Assembly: GCA_013166775.1 (NCBI GenBank)
Contig: JABLTJ010000004.1
Span: 1-64,000, forward strand
Length of the DNA: 64,000 nt
Direction of reading: 5' to 3'
Source: Promethearchaeati archaeon
GTDB lineage: Archaea > Asgardarchaeota > Heimdallarchaeia > Heimdallarchaeales > Heimdallarchaeaceae
Position 1 is the stretch's first letter. Each line of letters begins with the position of its first letter. The position numbers and the translations under genes are program-made. This document shows, in pieces, positions 1-9,239 of the stretch. The notes under the pieces were generated by a model. That model saw only the letters and a list, made by a program, of their open reading frames with translations. It had not been told where the DNA came from and made no database searches.

Positions 1-319
1 TTGGCCATTGAAAAGTAAACTCATGTTTTACTATCAAACTCTTATTTCGTAGATTGGTTCTCAAATAAGGAAAGGGAAGAGGAGAACATACATAAGGAAT
101 AGTGATGGGAGATGAAGTCGGATTCACAGTCTGTTGTTCTAGAGTAAATTTAAAGCTAGTATGCTGCCTATCTGTTTGTACTTGTGCATTTGGAGGATAT
201 TCCGCATCAATGATTCTTGATATCAGATAATTATCTTCAGCGTAAATCTGGATTGGAACAAGCATAACAGAAGAGATTAATAAGAGTGAAATCGCTTTCC
301 ATCTCAAACTTTGAAACAT
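1..319 (-). CDS. Hypothetical secreted/membrane-anchored protein, runs off the left edge (3'-truncated)
   Basis: Not in the ORF track. Manual translation from ATG at 319 is open to the edge: MFQSLRWKAISLLLISSVMLVPIQIYAEDNYLISRIIDAEYPPN..., with a signal-peptide-like N-terminus. Confidence 0.7.
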   Translation of the reverse strand, partial: MFQSLRWKAISLLLISSVMLVPIQIYAEDNYLISRIIDAEYPPNAQVQTDRQHTSFKFTLEQQTVNPTSSPITIPYVCSPLPFPYLRTNLRNKSLIVKHEFTFQWP

Positions 320-528
320 CCGTTTCACAGTATCGTGTTCGTAGTTATAAATTTTCTTCAAATTCATTAATCTCCATACATTAATAGTATAATTACTATA
401 AAAAAAGAGAGAAAATTACTACTATTCTTTTACATGTATTCTTGTGAGTCTTTGTATTAAATATGTTTTAAGTGCACTAAAATCTCTCATCTCTTTACCA
501 TCTTTATAAAGTAAATTTCAGATAAGAT

Positions 529-997
529 ATGAGAACGTGTGCTTTTCTTGTTCCTCTTCCCACTGAAGAAAAGAAAGAAGGTAGAAAAAAGTGGGAAAAA
601 AACAACTTACTCAATCTTTACATGAAGAACTTGCTTGGAATCTTTCTACTCTAAAATATCTGCAAGAAGGTATTGAGATGGTCAAACAACAGCGAGAAAT
701 TATTGAACTTCCTTTAGACCTTTCTATAACCTAACTCCTCCAAAGAAACGAGAGGATTTGATGGTTGTTACTCGAAGAGCTGAAGCAGAACTTAGAAAGG
801 GAGAAAAGGATCCAATTGTTTATCTCTACACTAAATTAGCTGTTGATCATTTCAGAGAATTGAAAGGGTATATAGAAAGAAGTAATCCTAAGAACTGAGA
901 ACTGAAGAAGTTCATCTCAACTGTTAGAGAACTGCAATCTCTAGACAATCTTGTTTCTTCCATGATTGAAGGATTGGAAGAACTGCTTCCCTACTAG
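529..997 (+). pseudogene. Probable degraded gene (two frameshifts and an internal stop)
   Basis: TTTATAAA at 503-510 and ATG at 529. Protein-like segments continue in three successive frames (MRTCAFLVPLPTEEKKEGRKKWE / KQLTQSLHEELAWNLSTLKYLQEGIEMVKQQREIIELPL / FYNLTPPKKREDLMVV...), with in-frame TGA at 896-898 and TAG at 995-997. Confidence 0.45.
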
Positions 998-1006
998 ATA
1001 ATACAG

Positions 1007-2797
1007 GTGAATAAAATGGGGAAAGTAGAACAGGTTTCTGGAAAAGGTGTTAAACAGAATTACTTGAGATTACTCAGGGGACAGGAGATACTGTTTGGTA
1101 TACTCTTTATTGTCAGCATTATTGATCTCCTACTGATACTCTTGAAAGAAGAATATTATCAGTTGTTGAAGTATGCTGTGATAGTTGTATTCTTAGGTTG
1201 TTTGGTTAGTTTCGTAGGATTAGTAGTTTATGCTCAACCGTATCCCCCTCAACAACCAGTTTATCAACAACCTCTGCAACCACAACAACCAGTTCAAATC
1301 CCTCAACAAGCTCAACCTGTTCCTGAAGAGGGAACGTGGTTCTGTTCAAACTGTGGGAAAGAACAGAAAAGAAGTTCTAAATTCTGTTCGAATTGTGGTA
1401 AATATGTCAGTATTGAAGATAAGAAGTGTAATGTTTGTAAGAAGAAATTTAAAGAAAAAGAACTAAAAGAAAATCTAGTGTTAATCGAAAATGAAGACCT
1501 CAATAGCTTCAAGTATTTCTTGAAGGAATTCAATGAAGGCTATTTTGCTGATTTAGTTACTTTTCTTGAAGATTATCTGGTTGTTTCGTTTCAATATTAT
1601 AAGACCATCCAAGGGATATTATCTAATGCTATAGATGATATTTACTTTGATGCGATGGGAATAACTAAAAGCGATAATCTTGATGTTATATTAGCAGATT
1701 TATTAAAGGAATTCAAAACTGAGATTACTGGATTCTTTGATATTGGTAAGTTTTCAGCAATTTTCATTTCATTAACTGCTTTTTTAGTTAATCAATCAAC
1801 TACAGAAGAAAAAGACTTCCAATCAGCTTCTAAACTTCTAAGTATTTTGGAAGCGTTGTTTGTTGAAATGGACAATTTTCAGGATAGCACCAAAAAATTG
1901 AAGAAACAAATGATTGGATTTAAGAAAGATGCTACTACACTTACAGAAGAACTTTACTACTATAAATTACTGATTTCTGTCATTGGTTTTATAGTATTTA
2001 ACGAGCTAAAGAATGAGCTAAATCTTGAAGAATTTGAACTAGATACTCGAATTAATGAATCCTTATTTTTCATAATAAATTTCAGTTCAGAAAAGATAGA
2101 TTTCGATGTGTTACTATCTCTTTACAGAATCTGGTTTACCTTTGTTCGAGATACTGTACGGATTAAACTAGACCAAAACAATGAGTCTAGTGCTGTTCTT
2201 CTTCTTCTTGGTTACAATGCTATGATAGAAAAAGTAGCAGAAGTAGAAGAATTAGATATTGCGGAAATTATAGAGGAACTGTTTTTCATAATATCTAATT
2301 ATTTAGCTCGATTTCATAAGGTGGATCTTAATGAATATGGTGGTCCTCTTAATGTGGATTACTTAAACGAAGAACAAGAAAATTTAGCAAAAATACTTAT
2401 AGATTCAGCTTTTATCTATTTTTCAAAAAACAGACAATATGATGAATATGAAAGATGTCTGGCAAAAATATGGGATTTTAAAACAATAATAAAGTGGAAT
2501 GTAAAAACATTTCTAGAAAGTGGAACATTAGAAAAATTCTTCTTTATAGCAGCGCTATGGTATGATAAAGTTGCAAAAAAACCACCAGAATTTTATGGAT
2601 TAGGAAGTACAGTGGTGGAAATAGTTAGAAAATGTACTCACAAGTTAACACAAGAAGAGAGGATACATTTCCTAAAGGAAAGCTATCATGGGATGTTAGA
2701 TTATACGCAGTTAAAAGAAACAGAAATTATTATTAGAGAAATGAAAATGGTAGAGTCATATATAGGAAGTATTTTGATAGGAGATGAAAATCGTTAA
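1007..2797 (+). CDS. Membrane-anchored zinc-ribbon protein with Pro/Gln-rich linker and large helical C-terminal region
   Basis: Two N-terminal hydrophobic helices, QPYPPQQP...QQAQP tract, CSNC-x10-CSNC plus CNVC. Likely start is ATG 1016, after the GGTGA SD motif. Confidence 0.7.
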   Translation: MNKMGKVEQVSGKGVKQNYLRLLRGQEILFGILFIVSIIDLLLILLKEEYYQLLKYAVIVVFLGCLVSFVGLVVYAQPYPPQQPVYQQPLQPQQPVQIPQQAQPVPEEGTWFCSNCGKEQKRSSKFCSNCGKYVSIEDKKCNVCKKKFKEKELKENLVLIENEDLNSFKYFLKEFNEGYFADLVTFLEDYLVVSFQYYKTIQGILSNAIDDIYFDAMGITKSDNLDVILADLLKEFKTEITGFFDIGKFSAIFISLTAFLVNQSTTEEKDFQSASKLLSILEALFVEMDNFQDSTKKLKKQMIGFKKDATTLTEELYYYKLLISVIGFIVFNELKNELNLEEFELDTRINESLFFIINFSSEKIDFDVLLSLYRIWFTFVRDTVRIKLDQNNESSAVLLLLGYNAMIEKVAEVEELDIAEIIEELFFIISNYLARFHKVDLNEYGGPLNVDYLNEEQENLAKILIDSAFIYFSKNRQYDEYERCLAKIWDFKTIIKWNVKTFLESGTLEKFFFIAALWYDKVAKKPPEFYGLGSTVVEIVRKCTHKLTQEERIHFLKESYHGMLDYTQLKETEIIIREMKMVESYIGSILIGDENR

Positions 2798-2861
2798 ATA
2801 AAAAAATAAAAAAGATGAGTTTTTTCCTCATTTATTCTATTAAAATTAATTCTCAAATATG

Positions 2862-3017
2862 CTAATATCTGCTTCTTCTCTGCTTCTGATAACACTCTCT
2901 ACAGAATACTGGTCTTTCTCCGTCTGGTTTGAAAGGAACTTGAGCATCCTGTCCACATTCAGAGCACTTTATATCATGCATTTCTCTTGGTTTGTCATCA
3001 TATCCTCTATAACCCAA
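2862..3017 (-). CDS. CxxC-x17-CxxC domain small zinc-binding protein (51 aa)
   Basis: Missed by the ORF track. TTG start 5 nt after GGTGA; MGYRGYDDKPREMHDIKCSECGQDAQVPFKPDGERPVFCRECYQKQRRSRY has the hallmark VPFKP...RPVxCxxC. Confidence 0.9.
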   Translation of the reverse strand: MGYRGYDDKPREMHDIKCSECGQDAQVPFKPDGERPVFCRECYQKQRRSRY

Positions 3018-3188
3018 TATGTTCACCTATATGTTTAGAATATAACAAGTATAAATCCTAAAATAAGAACTGTACAGTCTTGTTTGATAATTTACTCTCA
3101 AATTAGAAATCCAACTATTATATGCTGTGTTCAATTTCTTTGAGAGTTTATATAGTTTATCACACACGACTAACAAGAGAATGAAAAT

Positions 3189-4412
3189 TTACTTTTCATA
3201 GTCGAAAATTACCTTAATTGCTTTACTTCGTTTCTTATTTAAAGAGGTTGAAATTGCTTGTTTATAGTCGGTTAGATCAAATCTATGTGTAATAATATCT
3301 GTAATGCTAGAAGAAATGTTCTTGTTCTCGAGAAGTTCAATAACTAATTCAAATGTTGATGTGTCTTTGTTTTCCCATTTTTCAATTCCTGTAACCATTG
3401 ATCCAATTAGGTCAACTTCTTGATACCAAACAGGGCTCAAATCCAATTTCATTTGTTTTAAATCTATACCGATTAAAACAACATTTCCTCCTCCTTTGGA
3501 CCATCTTAAAGCATTTTGAACAGTTCTTGCTGTTCCTACACAGTCATAGATCACATCAAAACCTCCGATCAGAGTATTGTTTCCAAAAAAACCTTTGTAT
3601 ATCTCAGCTCCTGTTTTTCTTTTCACATATTCAAGCATATTTCTTCCATCAATTACTTCTGATGCTCCAAGTTTTATAGCTAGTTCTTCTTGAAAATCAT
3701 ATTTAGCTGAAACGATAACTTCGCAGTCTGGTTGAACTGCTTTTAATACAGCTAGAGTACACAAACCAATTGTACCTGCTCCAATAATGAGCACTTTATC
3801 ATTTTCTTTTGGTATTCTTCTTAAAATCCCTCTCAAAGAACATGCAAGTGGTTCAATTAACACTGCTTGATTAGAACTAATAGTATCGGGTACCGGTACT
3901 AATTGAGCTTCGTGATATCGGAATCCTCTACTCCACCCACCTGCAGCTTCATAATGGGAAAACAACGCATATTGCCCTGCTTTTTCACACAACCAGAAAT
4001 TCCCTTCTGAACATCTGGGGCAGAGATTTTCAGGTTTATGTATATAACAGCAAGGACTTTTTTGAACAACAACTCGTTGCCCTGCATTAAATTTACTAAC
4101 ATCATCTCCTATTTCAACTATTTCAGACACACATTCATGCCCCATAAAACGTATACTTGGGGCAGGAACTATTGTGGGAGAAACATCTAATGATAATTCC
4201 AGGGAAAGAAGATGCAAATCTGAACCACATATACCTCCTCTCAGAGTTTTGGTTAGAATGTCCTTGGTTGATTGAAGTTCAAATGGATAATTTTGTTTAT
4301 GTACTACAGACCCTAATGGGGAAAAAACAACACCTTTCCAAAATGGTTTAAGAATTTTTGAGATTAAGATTTTCGGAATAGAAGTATCGAAATAGACTAT
4401 TTCTACATCCAT
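3189..4412 (-). CDS. Zinc-dependent medium-chain alcohol dehydrogenase (threonine/sorbitol dehydrogenase-like)
   Basis: GICGSD, GHE, structural-zinc Cys cluster, EPLAC, GAGTIG Rossmann motif. Confidence 0.9.
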   Translation of the reverse strand: MDVEIVYFDTSIPKILISKILKPFWKGVVFSPLGSVVHKQNYPFELQSTKDILTKTLRGGICGSDLHLLSLELSLDVSPTIVPAPSIRFMGHECVSEIVEIGDDVSKFNAGQRVVVQKSPCCYIHKPENLCPRCSEGNFWLCEKAGQYALFSHYEAAGGWSRGFRYHEAQLVPVPDTISSNQAVLIEPLACSLRGILRRIPKENDKVLIIGAGTIGLCTLAVLKAVQPDCEVIVSAKYDFQEELAIKLGASEVIDGRNMLEYVKRKTGAEIYKGFFGNNTLIGGFDVIYDCVGTARTVQNALRWSKGGGNVVLIGIDLKQMKLDLSPVWYQEVDLIGSMVTGIEKWENKDTSTFELVIELLENKNISSSITDIITHRFDLTDYKQAISTSLNKKRSKAIKVIFDYEK

Positions 4413-4587
4413 GAAATTTCTATAATAATGCGGTTCTTTTTATAATTAATGTTAAAGATTTGTTTTATAAGAGATTTCTATATGATTAGTCATTTTTCTT
4501 AAAAAATCATTGTACAAGGCAAGATTTAATAAATACTTTCCAAAACTGTTTTATCATTCAAAAACCCAACAATTGTGGTGATAAACA

Positions 4588-5106
4588 CTGAAAGAAACCT
4601 TAATCGTTTATGGAACAAGATATGGAGCAACACCAGAATCTTGCGCAGTAATTCAGAAAATCCTTGAGAAGGAACATAATCAACATGTTGAGATTTGGGA
4701 CCTTAAGGATTATAGAGCATGTCCTGATTTAGATGATTTTGATAATGTAATCGTATCTAGTGGGATTGAGTATGGGAAATGGACAGAAAACGCAGAGAAA
4801 TTTCTAAAAGAAAGAAATTTTGATAGCAAAAAATTAGCTGTGTTTATTTCTTCATATTACGCTGGAGAAGAAGATCTTTACGAATATGCAAATGAAAATT
4901 TCCTTGAGAAAGTTCTTGATAAATATGGTCATGTTAAACCAGTTAAGATAGCAGCTTTTGGAGGTAAAATCCCTAAAAAGGAATTACCAAAAATAGCTGA
5001 TGAAAGATTGCTAGGAAGAATTCCAGAACATCAAAATGATAATAGAGACTGGGATAAAATCGAAGCATGGGCACATGAAGTAGGAAAAATCTTCTCAAAA
5101 GATTAA
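4588..5106 (+). CDS. Flavodoxin-domain protein (HemG/long-chain flavodoxin-like), probable CTG start
   Basis: The frame of ORF 4840..5106 extends upstream to CTG 4588, bounded by TAA at 4582-4584. This adds the FMN loop LIVYGTRYGAT; the C-terminus has DNRDWDKIEAWA. Confidence 0.85.
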   Translation: MKETLIVYGTRYGATPESCAVIQKILEKEHNQHVEIWDLKDYRACPDLDDFDNVIVSSGIEYGKWTENAEKFLKERNFDSKKLAVFISSYYAGEEDLYEYANENFLEKVLDKYGHVKPVKIAAFGGKIPKKELPKIADERLLGRIPEHQNDNRDWDKIEAWAHEVGKIFSKD

Positions 5107-5107
5107 T

Positions 5108-5650
5108 TTATTTTTCCTCACTTTTCCAATTTTCCAATCTTAATATTTCCGCAGAGACAAATTTTTCTCCATCAAATGCTAATCTTACTCCCTCGCAAGG
5201 TTCAAGAGGTTTACCCCAAAAAGCATAGTCTATGTATGGTATACAACCAATTGTACATATTTCAATTAATCCCCCGTGGCTTACAATTAGAGCATAACCA
5301 TCGTCAGGTAATTCTTCAGCTATTTTTGTGATAAACTCAGCCATTTTTCTTGCATATTTAGCTGTTTCACCTTCTTTTTTGATAACTTCAGCATATTCTG
5401 AGAAACCCATTCCCCAGTTAACTTCTTGCCCAATACTTTCCGGTATCATACTAACTTCATCTAGAACTTCTCCCACTGCATAGCCCAGAGCCACAACGGT
5501 TTCAGTAGCTCTTGGAGCATTACTTGATATGATTTTGTGATATTCTCCTAAGGTTTCACCTACTTTCTTAGCAAGATCTACGCCTTCTTGAGTTAAGTGA
5601 GGAGACGGTCTATCTCTTTCAGAATGCCTTCGGAGTTCAATTATTTTCAT
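5108..5650 (-). CDS. Histidine phosphatase (phosphoglycerate mutase-like) family protein
   Basis: LRRHS (RH motif), SSxxxRAxET, LIVSHGG. Confidence 0.85.
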   Translation of the reverse strand: MKIIELRRHSERDRPSPHLTQEGVDLAKKVGETLGEYHKIISSNAPRATETVVALGYAVGEVLDEVSMIPESIGQEVNWGMGFSEYAEVIKKEGETAKYARKMAEFITKIAEELPDDGYALIVSHGGLIEICTIGCIPYIDYAFWGKPLEPCEGVRLAFDGEKFVSAEILRLENWKSEEK

Positions 5651-5819
5651 AGAACCACTTTTTTTCTAATATTTGCTTAAAATCATCATGCGTTATATTT
5701 CTTTTGCATTCATTTATAAACGACATAATGAATCCTGTTTTGAAAAATTTGTAGTTATATCTTTACTTTTTTAAATATTATTTGAAAATTGGGATAAATT
5801 AAAAAGCAATTACAGGGGA

Positions 5820-7217
5820 ATGTATTCAATGATATTTAGTAGAAAAACAATAATATTAATATCATCAATTATCATAATAATAGTAGCTGCAACTATTCCA
5901 ACTATAATTCTTACTACTCGTGATAATGTAGCACCCACTGTTACTATGATATCTCCTTTTCAATGGGAAGTGTGTTCAGGAGTTTTTGAGATTGAGTTTG
6001 AAGCTGTAGATACTGAACCTGCTGATGGTATAATAGAAAAATATGAACTTTATATAGATGAAGAGCTCAAAGCACAAACTACAGAATATGATTGGGATAC
6101 AACTGATTATGTAGATGGTTATCATAATATTACTGCTATAGCATATGACAAAGCAAATAATATTGGAGAGGAAACTATCACTATTACAGTAGATAACAAT
6201 ATAGATGGAGCACCCACAGATGAATTTAAGATTCTAAATTACAACGTTATGGAAAGTGGTGCAAATAAAGAATGGAAGGACGTTGTTAAGGCAGAAAATC
6301 CTGACATAGCAGTTTTTGTTGAAACAGGTTTATGGGATGATGATGGGAAAACAAAAATGATCCAATATTTGAATGAGTTTAATGGTTACTTTCTTGATGA
6401 GGCACCATATGAAGCTAGCATAACAATAAAAACACAATGGAGTACAACTGGGCAAGCAATTTTCAGCAGATACCCAATTTTAGAGTTCAATCAAATTAAT
6501 AGTATGCATCGGGATGATGATACACCTGCACCTCCAACACATGATCCATTTCATGCAGTTATCGATGTAAACGGTAAAGAGATACACATTGTAGGTGTTC
6601 ATCTCAAATGTTGTGCAGCAGACTTTGAAAAAGAACAGAGAGAACTTGAACAAGAGGGACTTAACAACTACTTTGATGAGGTAATTGGTGATGCACCATT
6701 AATTTATATTGGTGATCTTAATTCTCTTTCTCCAGATGACACAGGAGATCTAGAGGGTGATCCAGGAGCTGATTTTGGTTATGGTCCTGTTACCATGCTT
6801 CTATATCCTGAAGATCCTGTTTATGGCCAATATGCTTCTCAAGTTCATAATTTTACAGATGTCTTTAGAACCTTGCATCCTAATAATCCAGGGTACTCTC
6901 TTAACATTCCAACTATAAACTCAAGAATAGATTATATCTTCGTGAATCAATACCTCAATACTTCCTTCATAAGCTCAAATGTAGGTTCTGGTACAGAGTA
7001 TGATATTCTAGGTTCAGACCATTATTCTGTGGATGCCGTGATTGATATCAGTGAAATAAAAACAGCTGTAACAAAATGGGATATAAGTCTTGACGCAGTA
7101 GAAAAAGATAACCAAGATACTATTATCAAAATGATACAATCAAGTCTGGTTGAAGCTAGATTAAAAATAACTAATGAGATGAAAACCATAATAACATTTG
7201 TTTCGAGATTTGATTGA
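5820..7217 (+). CDS. Membrane-anchored Ig-like domain plus endonuclease/exonuclease/phosphatase (EEP) domain protein
   Basis: N-terminal TM helix; DNVAPTV...WDTT..DGYHNITAIAYDKANN Ig repeat; LNYNV, PDIAVFVE, HLK, GDLN, RIDYIF, SDH EEP motifs. Confidence 0.85.
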   Translation: MYSMIFSRKTIILISSIIIIIVAATIPTIILTTRDNVAPTVTMISPFQWEVCSGVFEIEFEAVDTEPADGIIEKYELYIDEELKAQTTEYDWDTTDYVDGYHNITAIAYDKANNIGEETITITVDNNIDGAPTDEFKILNYNVMESGANKEWKDVVKAENPDIAVFVETGLWDDDGKTKMIQYLNEFNGYFLDEAPYEASITIKTQWSTTGQAIFSRYPILEFNQINSMHRDDDTPAPPTHDPFHAVIDVNGKEIHIVGVHLKCCAADFEKEQRELEQEGLNNYFDEVIGDAPLIYIGDLNSLSPDDTGDLEGDPGADFGYGPVTMLLYPEDPVYGQYASQVHNFTDVFRTLHPNNPGYSLNIPTINSRIDYIFVNQYLNTSFISSNVGSGTEYDILGSDHYSVDAVIDISEIKTAVTKWDISLDAVEKDNQDTIIKMIQSSLVEARLKITNEMKTIITFVSRFD

Positions 7218-7316
7218 AATTCTCCTTTTTCTTCTTTTTTTAGTCTTCGTAAGAACAAATAGGCTGATTCTTGCATAACACCTTTATATCAGTATGCTAA
7301 CTTCATTATTTAGGAA

Positions 7317-7976
7317 ATGGACATGTCATCTGAGGATAAAAGCCCTTCTTATTTGACAGATACAATTCTACACTGTTCTATTTTAGTCTGTGATACAATG
7401 GTAAGAATGGCAGATTTAGTAACCCTTACTCTGCTTTATCATCCAGGAATGGAAGAAAGAACTACTAAAATAGAGCAGTTATATGAGAATGTTATCAACT
7501 TTATAGATGATATCACATCAACAATATATCAGCCTGAAGATAGAATGGAGCTTTCTATCAATCAATATGATCCAATTTTCACTCACTTGAAGAATGTCTC
7601 AAAGTTAATGGTTGATTTAATTGCCCTATTATCTCAAGAACATTTGACCATGCATTTGCAAACGATGGAGTATTTCTACAATCTTAACACAGCTATTCTA
7701 ACATGCATCAATGTATTGAATCAACTTGTACATGCTGAATTATCCGATATTCAGTCATTTGATAGAACACAAATAACAGCATTGGAGATGGGAGCTCACG
7801 AGCTATATAGGCTTTTGTTAAAGGAGTTACCTGGATCTGCTAATGAATGGCAACACGCTTTCACTTTGTACTTAGTTGGAGAGAAAATGAGTGCTATAGT
7901 TTTTCATTGTTGTGAGGCAGGAAAGAAAATCTACGCTGCAAGATTTGCTTCTATTGGACTAGGTGAAGATTCTTAG
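7317..7976 (+). CDS. Helical-bundle protein, possibly DUF47/PhoU-like phosphate transport regulator
   Basis: 219 aa, predicted all-helical. YQPEDRMEL and ITALEMGAHELYRLLLKEL resemble DUF47 repeats; divergent. Confidence 0.45.
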   Translation: MDMSSEDKSPSYLTDTILHCSILVCDTMVRMADLVTLTLLYHPGMEERTTKIEQLYENVINFIDDITSTIYQPEDRMELSINQYDPIFTHLKNVSKLMVDLIALLSQEHLTMHLQTMEYFYNLNTAILTCINVLNQLVHAELSDIQSFDRTQITALEMGAHELYRLLLKELPGSANEWQHAFTLYLVGEKMSAIVFHCCEAGKKIYAARFASIGLGEDS

Positions 7977-8076
7977 AACCCTCTAACTTAAGAAAAAACT
8001 TTGTGAATATTCTACTGATATACAATTTTTTATAGTCTTTTGCTTTCATGTTCACTGAAATTGGATTAGTTGAAAG

Positions 8077-8853
8077 GTGAATACAGTGAGTTTATCTCGT
8101 TATTCAATAACTCCTAGCATTCAGATAATAGATGCATCTCCTATTCTTTACTTAGAGGATGTAAATTCTCTAATCATTGCTGATCTTCACCTAGGTTACG
8201 AAGCTATTATGTTAGAAGATGGTACTTATTCTCCATACAACCAAACTGAGGAACTAATAGAAATAGTAATTAAATACATTAATGAACTTGAGCCTGAGAA
8301 ACTGATTTTGAATGGTGATATTAAGCATAGTTTTCATGAACCAACGAAAATAGAAAATCGTGATGTTAAAAACTTTCTCAATTCTGTTGCTCAACATGTT
8401 AAGGAATTACATATAATTAGAGGTAATCATGATGTTTACCTTAATTGGGTTGTCAGAGACATAAAAAACGCAATTTATCATGAAATAGATTATAATTTAG
8501 GACAGTATTATTTTACACATGGAGACAGAAATCTTCCTGAAACCTTACTTAAAGGAATAAAATATATAATCATCGCACATGAACATCCAATATTTTCAGC
8601 AAGAGTCAACGGTCTTCAGAAGATTAAATCCCCTACTTATCTAATGGGTCCTCTCAAGTATAAAAAAGCTAAATTGATTGTAACTCCTGCTTTTTCAAGT
8701 TACTCAACAGGAACACCCATACACCCGAAATCAAAGGAATTCTTATTATCACCAATTTTGAGAGAAGAAGTTATATTGGAAGATTTTGAGCTATTCGTTT
8801 TAAGCGATGATAAGGATGTTCTTCATTTCCCCTCCTTCAAATTGTGGTCTTAA
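8077..8853 (+). CDS. Calcineurin-like metallophosphoesterase (COG1407/PdeM-like)
   Basis: ADLHLG, NGDIKH, RGNHD, THG, AHEHP, PAFS motifs. Confidence 0.9.
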   Translation: MNTVSLSRYSITPSIQIIDASPILYLEDVNSLIIADLHLGYEAIMLEDGTYSPYNQTEELIEIVIKYINELEPEKLILNGDIKHSFHEPTKIENRDVKNFLNSVAQHVKELHIIRGNHDVYLNWVVRDIKNAIYHEIDYNLGQYYFTHGDRNLPETLLKGIKYIIIAHEHPIFSARVNGLQKIKSPTYLMGPLKYKKAKLIVTPAFSSYSTGTPIHPKSKEFLLSPILREEVILEDFELFVLSDDKDVLHFPSFKLWS

Positions 8854-8944
8854 TTCTTTTTTCTATCTTTGATTGAATTTTGAACCTAAAATTAATAAGT
8901 TAGAACTACTATTTTTATTTATTAGTATCAATAGAGAGATTCAG

Positions 8945-9223
8945 ATGTCAAAAAATGAAAGTTATAGACCAACAATCTGTATATTCCCTTGCCCAGCTTG
9001 CGCAATTGATACTGATTTAAGTATTTTTGAAGAATCTACTAGATCAACTTTTTACTGCAGATCCTGTAACAGAGTATACATCTGCAAATTACCACTAGGA
9101 TCTATACATGTTGGGGATTATATTCGTTATATCTGCCCAATTGATCATACGGAACTTGAAGAATCTCCTTTCAGAGCAAAGGAAATAGAACTCCTAATCG
9201 AAAAAGCTAAAGAAGGGAAATGA
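8945..9223 (+). CDS. Small Cys-rich zinc-finger-like protein
   Basis: CPAC, CRSC, CPIDH. ATG 8945 is preferred over TTG 8873. Confidence 0.6.
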   Translation: MSKNESYRPTICIFPCPACAIDTDLSIFEESTRSTFYCRSCNRVYICKLPLGSIHVGDYIRYICPIDHTELEESPFRAKEIELLIEKAKEGK

Positions 9224-9239
9224 TTACAGTCTTCTGAGA

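Noticed and set aside
896-898. In-frame TGA as possible selenocysteine
   Set aside because: No Cys/Sec-like context or SECIS seen; it lies in a tandem duplication within an apparently frameshifted gene.
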